Assembly: GCF_009834535.1 (NCBI RefSeq)
Contig: NC_045696.1
Coordinates: forward strand, 12,960,001-13,024,000
Reading direction: 5' to 3'
DNA: 64,000 bases
Origin: Camelus ferus
Taxonomy: Eukaryota
Position numbers and translations under genes: made by a program. Of the stretch, positions 12,965 to 26,300 are shown piece after piece; position 1 is the stretch's first letter; every line of letters starts with the position of its first letter. The notes beneath the pieces are model-generated. The model worked only from the letters and a program-made list of their open reading frames with translations, did no database searches and was not told the origin of the DNA.

Positions 12965-14035
12965 GATGGGTGGCCACCAGCACAGTCAAGATCTAGAACA
13001 TGTCCATCACACCAAGCGTGTCTTCCAGCCTCTATGCAATTAATCCCACATCCGACGTGAGCCCAGTCAACTACTGATATTCTCTTATCACTATAGATTC
13101 ATCTTCCTGTCCCAGAATTTCATATAAATAGAATCACACAGTACGTATTTTTTTATGTCCAGCTTTTCTTTCTCAACATCATGTTGTTAGATTCAGTCAT
13201 GTTGTCACATATATCACTAGTTTTGTTCCTTTTCATTGTTGAGTATATCCCATTGAATGGATTTCCCACAATTTATTTATCCATTTATCTCAAATGGTGA
13301 ATTATTAAGTGATTTATTAATTTCTAAAGTCATCAAAACAGTATTCTATTAAATTTCTCTGGTAAAAAAAGATATAGTGTATTATTGAAAATTTTTAAGT
13401 AACTCCTTCAGACTCCATCAGGTCAGTGTTTCCATCTATTGATTGCCATTTTTATTCAGCTGGAGGTCTTTTTGGTTCTTGGTATGACCAGTAATTTTTG
13501 ATGAACACTTAAAACACTTTTGTCATTATAAAGTTCACAGCTGCCTGTAGTCATTGTCCGCTGCTCATCCTGGCCCGAAGCAACCACTGGTCTGCTTTCT
13601 GTCTCCAAATACTGCCTTCACCGGAAATTTCACATAAACTGAATCATATAATATGAGTCATTGGTGTCTAACATCTACTTAGTATAATATTTTTGAGGTT
13701 CCTTTATGTTTGTTCATGCATCGGTCGTTTATCTCTTTTATTGATGAGCAGTAGTTCATCATATGAATGTACCAAATTTTGTTTATCCATTTACCACTTG
13801 GACAACATTTAGGTTATTTCCAGGTTTTGGCTCTTAGGAGCAATTCTGCTATGAACATTCACATAGAAGTATTCTTTTCTTTTGGGTAAATACTTTGAGT
13901 GGAATTGCTGGCCTATGGTAAGTGTTTGTTTAACTTTTTGAGAAATTGCAAGGCTGTTTTTCCAAAGTGGCTAAACCATTTCACATTCCCAGCAGCATGT
14001 GTGAGGGTTCCACTTTCCCCACATCCTTCAGAAGC
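12965..14035 (-). mobile_element. Two old L1 (L1ME/L1MB-like) 3' end fragments
   Basis: 'agaatttcatataaatagaatcacacagta' and 'gcaaccactggtctgctttctgtctc...ccaaagtggctaaaccatttcacattcccagcagcatgtgtgagggttcc'. Confidence 0.75.
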
Positions 14036-15439
14036 CTTTTAAGTCAAGGATGATGTGTCCTACAAACAATGACTCCTCTACCTACTCATCTCTCCCACCC
14101 TTGACTCCATCCCACTGTGTACACAGGGTGTTATTTCAGCCATCTGCTCGATCCCTCATGGGGGTTTTGATGTTTATGGGAAATTCATTGCATGTGGGTC
14201 AGAGTTCTTCACACATACTTGGCTGAAGAATCTCTTTGACTCTGCTTTCTCACATTCCTGATTCCCTCCTTGGTTGTGGCATGGCGTTTTCTCATACCAC
14301 CACCGTACCTGAATATCTTATAATCTCATTGGCAACGTTTGCCTCTCTGAAAGGACGTCTCACTATTTGCTTTGTAAGTAACATAGAATTATGAAAACTG
14401 GCATGATTTTTGATACAGGGATTCGCTACCTTTTTCTAATATGTGTGAACTCCTTTAAGTAAATTCCAAAGATTCAGTTTTCTTTCAACATATATAGCAT
14501 GCTACTGTGAGTTGGCGTTCATGTTTGTAATTGGCTGGATCTTGAATTAGCAGTTGTGGCTTATTTAAGTGGTTGACTTCTCCTCACCTGTGGTGGACAA
14601 CAAAGAGGGGTTTGCTGCCCAGAAGTGCATCTGCTCACAGTGTCTGTGGACTGTTTCCAAAGCAGGAGCTGATATGATTCACAGTCATTATCTCTCTAGG
14701 AAAAGGAATGCAGCAGATTGGAGTGACCAGCTGTAGGCGAAGGCAGACAATCACCTACTTTCCCTGTCTATTCTAGTTGTACAGGACTGTTGAAAATGTT
14801 TCTTTAAAAAAAAAAACAACAACAAGGTGTTATTTCAGGAAATAGCCATTGCTTTTGGAGTAGCACCTGCCTGGGGTCATACGCTAAAATATGAAGCTTG
14901 CATAAGTTCATTTTATGATCTTGAGGGAGACGTTTATTTTCCTAAACTTTGAGAAATGGGCTAAATCATGCTGCTGCTTTATGGGATATTTGGCAGAGCT
15001 GTGTACCAACAAGAATTATAAAGAGATTTATAAATGGAAATTCTTATTAGGTAGAAATTTCTTCTATTTTAACTTTGCAAAAAATACCCAATATTCTTAC
15101 TTAGTCAGTGTTTTAGAGGAAACTGACTCCAAAGCAAAGAGGCAAGCATGTGGTGACAGGTCATATTTAAATGATAGATTTCCTAGTTTTGGTTTTCATG
15201 TAAGCGTATAGACTCTGGGTTCTTCTTGCATATGGTAAGTTGTTGTAAGTGGTTTCTTGAGGATTCTCAATGTGATATGGCATAAACATAAAACTTTTGT
15301 TTCAATAAAGTCTTCCTCTCCAACTGCACTGTATCACCATCTTCTTTCCTGCTGGATATGTTTTCTCTTACCAACATCTTGGCCAGAGTCTTTAACTTCC
15401 TGTTACTCTAGGCATGAGGTCAGACCCATTTAGGTATTG

Positions 15440-15920
15440 TGAAAATTCTCTGAGGCTCTCCTACCGTTGAGAGGTGTGGTTTCTGTTCCCGCTCCTTGAA
15501 TCTGGGCAATCTTGGCACTGCTTTGACCATCAGAGAATTGCAGAATTAACTGCCGTGTGATTTCTGAGGTGAGGTCATAAAATACCAGGTGATATTTTTT
15601 CTTGGAGTCCTGGACTACATAATAAGTTTTACTAGCTGGAAGCTACCGTGCTGTGAGGAAGCTCAAGTAACAGGAAGAAGCCATGTTTAACTCTGGTCAA
15701 AAGTTGGGCTGTTAAATTAGCCCAGGCTAGGGATCAGTCATGTTAGTGAAAATGACCAGTTGAGACCTTCCAGCTGAGGACCCAGACACTGTGGAGCAGA
15801 GAAGAATCCCCACTCTGCTTTTCTGAATTTGATCCATGGACGCAAGCATAATAAAACAGTTGTGATTTTTTCCCACTACATTTTAGCATGATCTGTTATC
15901 CAGCAGGAGATAGTCAGAAT
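15440..15920 (+). mobile_element. MaLR solo LTR (MLT1H/G-like)
   Basis: 'ccttgaatctgggc...tgctttgacca', 'tgctgtgaggaagctcaag', 3' 'ttttagcatgatctgttatccagcaggagata'. Confidence 0.7.
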
Positions 15921-17124
15921 CAAATCTAAAAGTCAGTCTTAGTCATTTTAAAATGTCAACTTTGGGGCCAAGCTTATCTCATCTCTTCTCCCTGGCCATG
16001 GATGAACCTGTTTCTCTATGGCTTAAAGGAAAGAAGGGCCACACACTCTTCTCTCCACGTATTTCTTTATTCCTGCTACCTTATTCTTCTCTTGGTATGA
16101 ATAAGCAAGAAGAGAGACTGGAGGCTGGTCTCCTTCCACGGGATGCGAGCAGGCTGCAGACCTCTTTTTGGTTGATTGCCACAGCACCTCTGGCTAACTG
16201 ACCAATGAGCAGTGCCCGCTGTGTAACAGGTATCCACACGCTACTTTCCCCATGATGAACCAAAGCTAACAGGAGGTCAGGGCAGAGTCTTCACGCCTCT
16301 CCCTATTGCCAGCACCATTTGCCACCACTAGTGTTCAAGCCCAGAGAGCCTGAAGTTTTCAGGACATTAGACTCATGTCGGGGAGGTGTTCAAGCTTTCA
16401 GTGCTCACGTCTCACCTAAGACCAATTAAGTCAAAATTTCTTGGGTGGGGGGTGCACAAAGTCATTGGCATTTTTTTTAAACCATTGAGCCAGGCTGCCA
16501 CTCTTTAAACGTGGCTGGCCATATGAATCACAGTTTAAAAAATAATGATTTTCAATGCATGCCTATACTTTCTGAGCACCTATAATATGCTGGGACTACT
16601 TCCCTAGGCTCTTCACTTCTATTATTTGCTCTTCACAACAAACACACAAAGAAAGTCTGTCACTTGTGTCTTTCCGAGCTGCACACTGATGGTCTGGGGG
16701 GTTGACTAACTGGCCCCAAACTAACTAATTCATAAGTTGCAAAATCAGGCTCACAGGATTTCTGTCTGGCCATGGAACCCACTGTCATTTTTCCACACCA
16801 CTTCCTCTGTTCAAGAATACCAGTATTCTTGCATATGGGTTATAGTTTTTAAAAATGCTTTAATGAATTCTTAATGAAAGGTTTAAAAATACCTTTTTAC
16901 TTAAATTGCTACCTGAACAAAATACAAAGTTCTTGGGCTTTTTCAAAGGAAGTGATCTTCATCAAATATTTCCTATCTTGCCATTTTTCTTGGGGTCAGT
17001 TTCTTTAAAATTTTTCTTTAATCCTAACAATGCCCTTACAAAGTACAAAGGGAGAAAACATCATTCTTTTTATTTTTTCTCCTGAGGACTTTAGACTAAA
17101 GGACTTTAGAAAGTGATGCAGTGG

Positions 17125-17350
17125 GAAAAATAAAGCACAGACTTTGGAATCAGACTGAGGCTCCAGGCCTGACTTTGGTAATTAAAGATCTGAGTACTTT
17201 GGGGAAAGATTCCAAACAGTACCCTTAACTGTAAAATGGAGATTATTTCACCTCCTTCACGGGACATGATAGTTAAAACAGTAAGATACCATATGAAGAG
17301 CACCTCTCTCGGAGCCTAGTGCATAGGAGATAGTCCGTAAATGTTAGTCC
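17125..17350 (+). mobile_element. MIR SINE
   Basis: 'gcacagactttggaatcagactg...ctgtaaaatggagattatt...taaatgttag'. Confidence 0.7.
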
Positions 17351-17470
17351 TCCCATTGCCCTTCCTTTTGTAGCCATGTTTATTTCACCAACATGGAGGC
17401 ATTCAAATGACACTGAGTTTGGACCACATAGGAAAGATGCTAAGGGCTAGTCCTGTGTTGAGGTAACCTG

Positions 17471-17532
17471 ACTGTATGTACATACAGTGATGTTGTGTGG
17501 TGATATTGATTTGGGACACCCCAAATCAATAT
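17471..17532. repeat. Two adjacent perfect inverted repeats
   Basis: 18-bp palindrome ACTGTATGTACATACAGT (17471-17488); 13-bp arms ATATTGATTTGGG / CCCAAATCAATAT around loop ACAC (17503-17532). Confidence 0.95.
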
Positions 17533-18406
17533 GATTTAGTAAGCATTTAAAATGCAATTCCACAAGTTTGGGAGGGAAGCAGCATGAAGAGACATGGGTG
17601 GTAGAGGATGGGGCAAATCTAGGACTCGTGGCTGCTTACACGAATCCCGTTTTTTGCTGGAATGAACCAAGGGAAGGTGAAAGAAAATTTATGTAATAGG
17701 AGGAGCTGGAATTTGGGTGCAGCCTTCTGGCACATGTTCATCCCACACTTCAGTCTCTGGAGGCTAAGTCTACGTGATTCTGCCTGCTGCATACCTTGAA
17801 TCAATCATCTCTCTTTTTTCAATTGTAGCAAATTGTGCAATCCTGTCCTGTTTGTTTTTGGTAGGATTTCCTTTACTTCATCACCGGCAGGAAAAACTTA
17901 TCCCGTGAGATTTCCTCTGGGACACGATTATTTGCAGTAACTACCGTTTAATGAATTCTTGATAGTTTCTTCCTAATTTATCCTCTATTTTTAAATTCTT
18001 AAACATAATCCCTGTGTTCTTGGCTGTTTTTCTTCTGGATGCCTTCGAGTAATTAAAACACATCTGGGGGGGGGGTGTGTATGGTAAGTATTGTTCATCA
18101 TACGTGTAGTATTTGTGCTTCATTGTTTTTGTGCATCCTGGCTTTACACCACAAGACAATACTCTGCCACTTCTTGCTACCTGCATCACTGTCAGCTCAG
18201 TTCAGGCCATTAAAACCTCTTGCTCCAGTGACCAGGTCAGCCTCCTGTCTAGTCTCCTTGGCCCTCACTTTCCAGTCTTTTAACACAGTTAAGCCAGAAC
18301 AATCTTTTTCCTGGAAAGAGGATGGATCCTATCTGCTTAGTACCTTTCAAGGGCCTCCTCAGACTCAGCATGATCTGGCCTCTGCCTGTCTCTTTCATAC
18401 ACTCTA

Positions 18407-18610
18407 TTTTTTTTTTAACTTTTTTTTAATTGAGTGATAGTCATTTGATAATGTTGTGTCAAATTCTAGTGTAAAGCAAAATTTTTCAGTTATACATGAA
18501 CATAATATATATTCATTGTCACATTTTTATTTTTTTTAATTGAAGTGAAGTCAGTTTACAGTGTTGTGTCAATTTCTGGTGTACAGCATAATTTTCAGTC
18601 ATACATATAC
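18407..18610 (-). mobile_element. Two tandem short L1 3' tips inserted in an L2 remnant
   Basis: Two T-tailed segments: 'aatgttgtgtcaaattctagtgtaaagc' and 'ttgaagtgaagtcagtttacagtgttgtgtcaatttctggtgtacagc'. L2-like sequence on both sides (~18180-18975). Confidence 0.8.
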
Positions 18611-18994
18611 CTCCTCTCATACACCCTTACCTCTATTCTGTCCTGGCCATACCACTGACTTGGAAGTTACCCAGAGACCTTTTTTTCTCTCCTCCTGCTC
18701 TGTGCACCTGTCATTCTCTCTGCCTTGGGAAGCTCATCTTCACCCTACAGCTTCTTTTTGCCTGCTTGCTTAAGACCCAGCTTAGCATCACTTCTTGCTG
18801 GGGTCCTTCTCTGAGGCCCACCAGACCGGGCTGTGTGCTTTTTCATCACTCTGTTGTCTGTACCTATCATGACACCATAATCTTTTAAAATTATTTGACT
18901 GCCCCATCAGGGTGAGGGTCCTGCCTTATGAAGTAGGCACTAAAGAAATACTTGTTAAAGGAGTGAGTGAAGGAATGGAGGCACTTCCTTGAGG

Positions 18995-19170
18995 TAGTGT
19001 GGTCCAGGTGGTGAAGAAGCTGGAGTCAGATGGCTGGAGTCTGGCCCCTGGTTCCACTCCTAACTAGGTGTGTGATCTCTGGCAAGTGACGTTGCCTCCG
19101 TTTCTTAATGGGTGAAATGGGGATAATAACACTAAACATCTGATCAGATTACTGCCACCATTAAGCGTTA
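18995..19170 (+). mobile_element. MIR SINE
   Basis: 'tggagtcagatggctggagtc...taactaggtgtgtgatctctggcaagtgac...tgaaatggggataataac'. Confidence 0.75.
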
Positions 19171-21737
19171 ACAGATGTAGACAGACCGGTAACTGCATGC
19201 CATTCAGTTTCGTTTCATGCTAGCTTTATTTATTTCCTAACCTTGTTCTGGCAACTTAGTAGCCGAAGTAGAAGGCAGAGCATCTGGCATGGTCATTTAG
19301 GAATTGTAAACTTAGCTCTGGAAGAGAATTCACAAGAATTGATTTATAAATGTTGGATTTCTACAACAATGATGATCAAAATGATTTTCGCTATAACATA
19401 TGATACAGATATTCTATGTTATAATTACGGAGAAAGTATATCATATCTTTGCTTAAGTTTTAATATGTATTGGTTAAATATGTTTTAAGGAATTGAGATC
19501 TATTATAAGCTAAACAGTCTTAATGGCAAAAAGAAGTATGTATTGGGATCTTTCACTAAAAACTCTATTTGAGATACTCATTAACACTTGGCTAGGGGAA
19601 TGGACCTATTCTCTGAAGTTAAATTTTTCAGATAGAAAACATTGATGGAGACTTAAAAGGAAGCTGTCAAGGAGCTCATAAATTGGAGAAAGATCATGTT
19701 TCATTGAAGTCAACAGTGATAGTGTGACTAATATGTCTCAATTTATTGGATCCAGAAAGGAGAGACAAATAGAGAGAGGGGGAGAAAGAAATGTGGTAGG
19801 AATATTTTCCATCATAAACTGTAGGATCTAGCCATAAATTACACTTTTTAAGGAGACAAAGTTTGGTTGGAAGTGCTTGCCGGGTCTTTGGACACAAAGA
19901 TGCTGAGAAGCCAGATAATCTCTGGGAATTTCATCCTCCAAATTAAGAAATTCAGCATGGATCAGAATTACTCAAGCCAGAGGAGAAAACAGGATTAGAT
20001 TCAGCAGTGATTCAGAAGAGTTAGGGGTTAGTAACTAAGCTGACTACACCCAGGTGGTAATGTAAGTGATATGGGATGTTTGAGTGTGACGTTCTTTAAA
20101 ATGTATGTTTTTGTTATTTGGGGGAAAACATCAACTAAATGAAAATAAGACACTATTCTGTTTTCTTGGGCTTAATGACTTCTGTCTATAGGAAAGAGCT
20201 TTTTGGATGGGAAGGCGATGTTCAGCGGAACACCAGTTCTGTGAGTGAAGAAGCAAGAGATCCTGAGCTAGCCTGGAGGCAGTGTTGGGCAGTAGTTAAA
20301 GGCACTCGAGTCAGATGGCCTGGGTCTGCATCCCGTTCCAAGCCAATGACTTCAAGGATACTTCTCACTACCCTAATGCTGTATTTATCAAGCTAAACCT
20401 AAAATACACTCAATTTTATTCATGTCATAATTGTGACAGATCTCTCCGAAGTTAATAGAAGTTTAAAGCACACGTGGCTATTCAGCTATGGGGCTTACTT
20501 TAAAATCATGTGATGTGTTACAAGTATTGTGTAGTTGCACACCAGGCAGCAAGGTGACCCCAGACGTTGCTGTGCCAAGAAGTCTGAAATAAGTTTTTCT
20601 TCACTTTATACTCCCATTCTTTTTCCATCTCTTACTAAGAGACTACGTCTCTCTTTATAAGCAGGACCAAGTTGAATTCCAATTAACCGGGGTGCTATAT
20701 AAGGGACACATAGCCCAGAGCTTGGCACATAGAAATGGCCAGTGGGCTTTTTTTTTATGTTATTGTTATTATTAGCAGTAGAGTTTATCTTTCCAATATG
20801 TTGGATGCTTTGCTGGGTCATTTATAATTATTAGCACATCTACACTTCAAAAGAACCATGAGAAATAGGTGATATCATCCTCATTTTTAGACAAAGAAAG
20901 TGGGACTCAGGAAAGTTCAGGAATTTGTTCTTGAGCATGGGGAGTAGGGCCAGCATATAAGCCAGGTTGGTCCAACACTAGAGCCCTTTCCTCCACATCT
21001 TATCACTACTCTCCTGTTGGACCACAGAAAAATATTCCATTCATCCTCCAGTTTCCAGGATTTGTATTTGAATAACTTAATTAATAGGCTGAAATTTACA
21101 TTACATATCTATATTTTTTTCCCCAAAGGCAAGTATATACTATCATTAATGTAAATCTCATCTATCAATTATATATTTCCTGGCATTTCATTATAAAATT
21201 GGTAATATCATCATTAAATATTCTGACTATACAATTTAATAGACCTCACATTCAAACAGCAACAAAACTATAAACATCTCTTTAAGAGGTAAATTTAATG
21301 CATTTAGATTAATAAATTGAAAGTTTATTGATGTAAATCTTAGACATTCTGATTTGAAACAAAGCTTACAAGTCTAAAACAGCTTTTAAACAAAGTCTAA
21401 AACAATTCAAACGTTAAAATTGCCTTGGGGAGCCTTGAGACAACAACAACAATGGTGACAACAGCAAAACCACCCCCACCCCCATCCCCACACCGCCCAG
21501 TCTAGTGCCTGAGACTCTCCCCCAGGTTGTGTTTTAACTGTCGAACAATAGGTATTGTTTGGAAGCTCCCTGGGAATTCTATTGGGCAGTAAAAGCTGAG
21601 ACTCTGGTCTAAAGGAAAAGCTGGAGCACATAACTGAACAGGACAATAAATATTTGCTGAAATGAATTAAGCATATGGGGCTAAAAAAATTTCAGTGCCC
21701 ACATCTGTCTAGCATCCATTAAAGAATCTTCCTTTGA

Positions 21738-23156
21738 AGTCCAGAAATAAACCCATGAACTTATGGTCAATTAATTTATGACAAAAGAGGCAAGGATATA
21801 CAGTGGAGAAAAGACAGTCTCTTCAGTAAGTGGTGTGGGGAAAACTGGACAGTTATATGTAAAAGGCTGAAGTTAGAACATTCTCTAACACCATATGCAA
21901 AAATAAACTCAAAATGGATTAAAGATCTAAATGTAAGACTGGATGCTATAAAATTCCCAGAGGAAAACATAGGCAGAACATATTTGACATAAATTACAGC
22001 AATAATTTTTTTGTATCCACCTTCTAGAGTAATGGAAATAAAAGCAAAAGTAAGCAAGTGGGATCTAATTAAACTTAAAAGCTTTTGCACAGCAAAGGAA
22101 ACCATAAACAAAATGAAAAGACAACCTATGGAATGGGAGAAAATATTTCAAATGACGAGACCTACAAGGGACTAATTTCCAAAATATACAAACAGCTCAT
22201 ACAGCTTAATATCAAAAACCAAATAATCCAATCAAAAATGGGCAGAAGATCTAAACAGACATTTCTCTAAAGAAGGCATTTAGATGGCTAACAGGCACAC
22301 AAAATGATGCTCAATATCACTAATTATTAGAGAAATGCAGATCAAAACTACGAGGTATCATCTCACACCAGTCAGAATGGCCATCATTAAAATGTCTACA
22401 AATAATAAATGCTGGAGAGAGTGTGGAGAAAGAGAACCCTCCTACACTGTTGATGGGAATGTAATTTGGTGCAGCCACTATGGAGGACAGTATGGAAATT
22501 CCTTAAAAAACTAAAAATAGAGTTACCATATGATCCAGCAATTCCACTCTTAGGCATATATCCAGAGAAAACTGCAATTTGAAAAGACACATGCACCCCA
22601 ATGTTCATAGGAGCCCTATTTACAATAGTCGAGACATGGGAACAACCAAAATGTCCACTGACAGATGACTGAACAAAGAAGTTCTCAGCCATAGAAAAGA
22701 ATAAATTAATGCCATTTGCAGCAACATGGGTAGACCTAGAGATTGCCATACTAAGCGAAGTAAGTCAGAAAGAGAAAGACAAATATCATATGATATCACT
22801 TATGCGTGGAATCTGAAAAAAGATACAAATTTTACTTATAAACCAAAAATAGACTCACAGACATAGAAAACAAACTATAGTTACCAAAGGGGAAAGGGCA
22901 GGGGATAGATAAATTAGGAGTTTGGCATTAACAGATACACACTACTGTATATAAAATAGATAAACAACAAGGACTTACTGTATAGCACAGGGAACTATAT
23001 TCAATATCTTTTAAGAGGCTATAATGGAAAAGAATCTGAAAAAAACATATATATGTATGTATGTGTATAACTGAATCACTTTGCTGTACACCTGAAACTA
23101 ACACTGTAAATCAACTACACTTCAATAAAAAATAAAAAAAGAATTATATGAAAAAG
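21738..23156 (+). mobile_element. 5'-truncated L1 (ORF2 C-terminus + 3'UTR), cetartiodactyl-type
   Basis: Degenerate ORF2 3' region and 3'UTR with A tail; TSD GAATCTTCCTTTGA at 21724-21737 and 23157-23170. Confidence 0.95.
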
Positions 23157-24350
23157 GAATCTTCCTTTGATCTTGAACCCTCTTCAGACACTAGCTCCTT
23201 CTCTCAGAGCTACTTGTCTCTAAAGAGTGGAGGCTGCTCATGTTCCATTTCCTCACTTCTCAACCCATCCCAGGTCAGCAGCCATGGTCTCCACCCTCCT
23301 GAACCTGACCTTACTGAGCCTCCATCATGAATTCATTTAATATCTATTAGTATATAATATATAGTCAACATATTACAGGTAATAATGGAATAGTAACATA
23401 ATCAATATATAGTATGTAACAATATCAAGCCCTACCTGAAAATTGCTGTGGGTCAGAAGCAGGGCTATGTAATGCTTTGCTGTTTAGGAATTGATAAGAT
23501 TATAGAGCTGAATAAAGCTTTGGACATGATCTTATACTATGGTTCTCAAGTTAGTTTTTTTTTTTTTTTTTTTTTTTTAAGGCAACACATCCCTGTATTC
23601 GGGAAGCTTATTTGAAAAGTCAGTCATGAAAGAGAGGGTAGCTACTTTGAGTGGTGGTGATGAATCCAATTGCTGGGCTCTGTCCACCTTTCTGGCTACC
23701 TTCTCCTCCAAGACAGTCCTTAGAGATTTACGCAGATCCTCTGCCTCTCTGAAAAGCACAGTTTAAAAATCACCCATCTAGTGTTGATGCCTTTCAGGCA
23801 GAACACAGGATATGCCTGCTGCCTTCAGGAAACTTCTAGATTTTGTAAATAAAAACACATATCGGTGGTGAAAACCTTACAGCTCATGAACTCACATTTA
23901 CATTCTGTTTATTATGTTCCAGGCACCTTCCTAAGTATGTCATGTGTAGCAATGCATTTAGTCCTCACGGCAGTACTGTGAGGGTGGTTATTACTACTCT
24001 CATCTTATGTATGAGGACATAGAAGCAGGAGACATTACGTCACTTGCCAGTGTCACACGGCTAGCGGGTACATATATGAGCCTTGCTCTTAATCACCAGT
24101 ACCCTGCCTGACAGATAACCTGGTGTGTATCCGGTAACCTACATAGCACATTTACCATGTCTTTGTGCAAATACATTATTTAACCAAGAGATCCGTAGAA
24201 GTAATGGCTTATCATGTTGTAGATGCTGGAGATACAAGAATGAATAAGACAGAAGAGGTCCCTTCCCTCATGGATCATGGTAGAGACAGAAAATACACCT
24301 GTAAACAAATAAGGAAATAAGAGAATGAAATGATGCTATTAAGAATGTAA

Positions 24351-24536
24351 TAAAAGATAAACAACAAGGTTCTACTTATAGCACAGGGAATTGTACTCAA
24401 TATCTTGTAATAACCTATAATGAAAAAGAATATGAAAAAGAGTTTGAATACATATATATGTATAACTGAATCACATGCTATACACCAGAAACTAACACAA
24501 CATTGTAAATCAGCTATACTTCAACTAAAAAAAAAA
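24351..24536 (+). mobile_element. Short L1 3' end inserted into an antisense L2
   Basis: 'gataaacaacaagg...tatagcacagggaa...tatacttcaac' plus A tail; TSD AAGAA(T/G)GTAA at 24341-24350 and 24537-24546. Confidence 0.85.
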
Positions 24537-25449
24537 AAGAAGGTAAGGCAGAGCAAAGCCATAGGAGTGACTGAGGGGAGGGTACGTTCTATCTCATTTC
24601 CCACCCGCTCATTCACACACACACAAACACACACACAAGTTGAGTATATGTATGTAAGTGGAAAATAAAGGCTTTGCATTTAGAAATATCATATTATAAT
24701 ATAAAACATTCCTACTTTATTTGCAATGTATTCTCAGAAACTTCATCATTTAAAAACAGTATTTTGTCATAGGACTAATGATATAATTGGGGGTTATATT
24801 ACTGATTCTACATGAAATGACTCATAGCTCAGACTAAAAACATCATAAAAGAAAAGCTGCAAGGAAAATTTCTATATTCCCCTTTAAAATGTGCTATTTA
24901 ATGCTTCAGCTCCAATTAAATAAATAAACATATACTATAACATTAATTATATAAAGAACTTCAATTTCCTGCAAAAGTATACAGTATATAAAAATATGAC
25001 TCTAATATAAATTTGCTCTAAACGAGTATGCCAACTATAAACATTATTTAAACATGTAATTAAATGACTGTGTTTGTATTTTGAAGGGAAGTTTCATAAT
25101 TTTCCAGATCACTTTAAAAAAATCCAATTTTATTTATGCTTATACAACTTTTTTCCTGAGGAAAATACCCTATAACAAGTAACATTCACACTCATACCAA
25201 TTACCTTTGAGTTTTAAGACATTACTACTCACAATATGGAGGTAAAGGTAAAGGTTTGTGGCGTGTTTCTTACTAAAATCATTTAGGAAACTGAAAACTA
25301 CCCAATGTTCCTGTATGTTGCACTGCTCAGCCCTCTGTTTCCTCAGAGATTTTGTATAGAAAAAGACAAAAACCACTAGGTAAAAAGAAGCACCAGGGTA
25401 CTTACATCCTTTGAAAGCCAGCTGGACAGACATAGTGAGGTGGTCCCTC

Positions 25450-25554
25450 CCCATCAACCCAGTTTTAGCAGGATTTCCTCTGGTTTAGCACTGACAATCC
25501 CAAATGCCCAAATGCCTCTCAGTCCCTGGAAAACCAGGATAAGTGGTCACTCTA
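25450..25554. mobile_element. MER81-like hAT MITE
   Basis: 'ggtttagcactgacaatccc...ctcagtccctggaaaaccaggataagtggtcactcta' resembles the MER81 consensus. Confidence 0.6.
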
Positions 25555-25560
25555 GGTCTA

Positions 25561-25596
25561 AAACAAACAAACAAACAAACAAACAAACAAACAAAC
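25561..25596. repeat. (AAAC)n microsatellite
   Basis: About 9 perfect AAAC units. Confidence 0.95.
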
Positions 25597-25854
25597 CCAC
25601 TCCCAAAACTTAAAATGAATTTCAACAGTATCACAGAATTGCAAGCACAATATTGTACTTTATCTTGCTACTTCCAGTGAAAATTCTGAACGATACTTAT
25701 ACAACATCAAATAGTAGCAAATGTTATTTTCATAATATCAACTGAATAGAACATATTTGGGGAAAAAAAATAGAAATTGCCATACCATTCTTCCCTTTCT
25801 CAATATTGTGCTGTAGCCTGTTTGAGAGAAAGAGAAGAAAAGAAAGTGGAAAAA

Positions 25855-26300
25855 TAGACATTACTTTCATTACCCACCAGAGCATCAAGCTCCAAAATGG
25901 GGGTAAATTAAGAAAATATTAGCAATACCATGTTTATTTATTTAATTTTTCAAAACTGAAAAACATAAACTAAACTTTACTGATATGTAATCTACAGATT
26001 AATAACAGAAGTTTCTGGCTTAATTTCTGCCAAAGATATTAAAAGATGTATTAAAAGATGGCACACATAATACAAACAATACAGATTTGGTGATTTTTCC
26101 TGTAAAGATAAATGGCGGTTAGAATCATACTATGCAGCAGATTTTTTGACAAATAAACACACTTAATCTGTCCCTTCAAAGTATGACATTTCAATATTAA
26201 GAAAGTAGCTGTTTTTTTCTCAAGAAACCTGTGATATAAAAAAAAGTCTTTTGAAACAGTTTGAAAATATTTTGGGTTATCAATTGTACTCAAAGATCAG
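25855..26300 (+). mobile_element. hAT (Charlie/Buster-type) transposase fossil
   Basis: Frameshifted but colinear motifs: TEV.WL...KILK (26005-26044), DKW....YAADF (26107-26143), INTLNLSLQ (26153-26179). Compare hAT 'TEVRWLSxGKVLxR' and 'WxxxLAYLADIFxxLNxLNxxLQG'. Confidence 0.75.

Noticed and set aside
19622..19730. Possible + strand exon after 'tttttcag' (IENIDGDLKGSCQGAHKLEK...)
   Set aside because: It ends in a stop with no donor. It may be a decayed Tigger-like transposase piece, but I cannot support either call.
25389..25400. Minus-strand donor GTAAGT (ACTTAC)
   Set aside because: Isolated motif next to a MER81-like element, with no matching acceptor or ORF.
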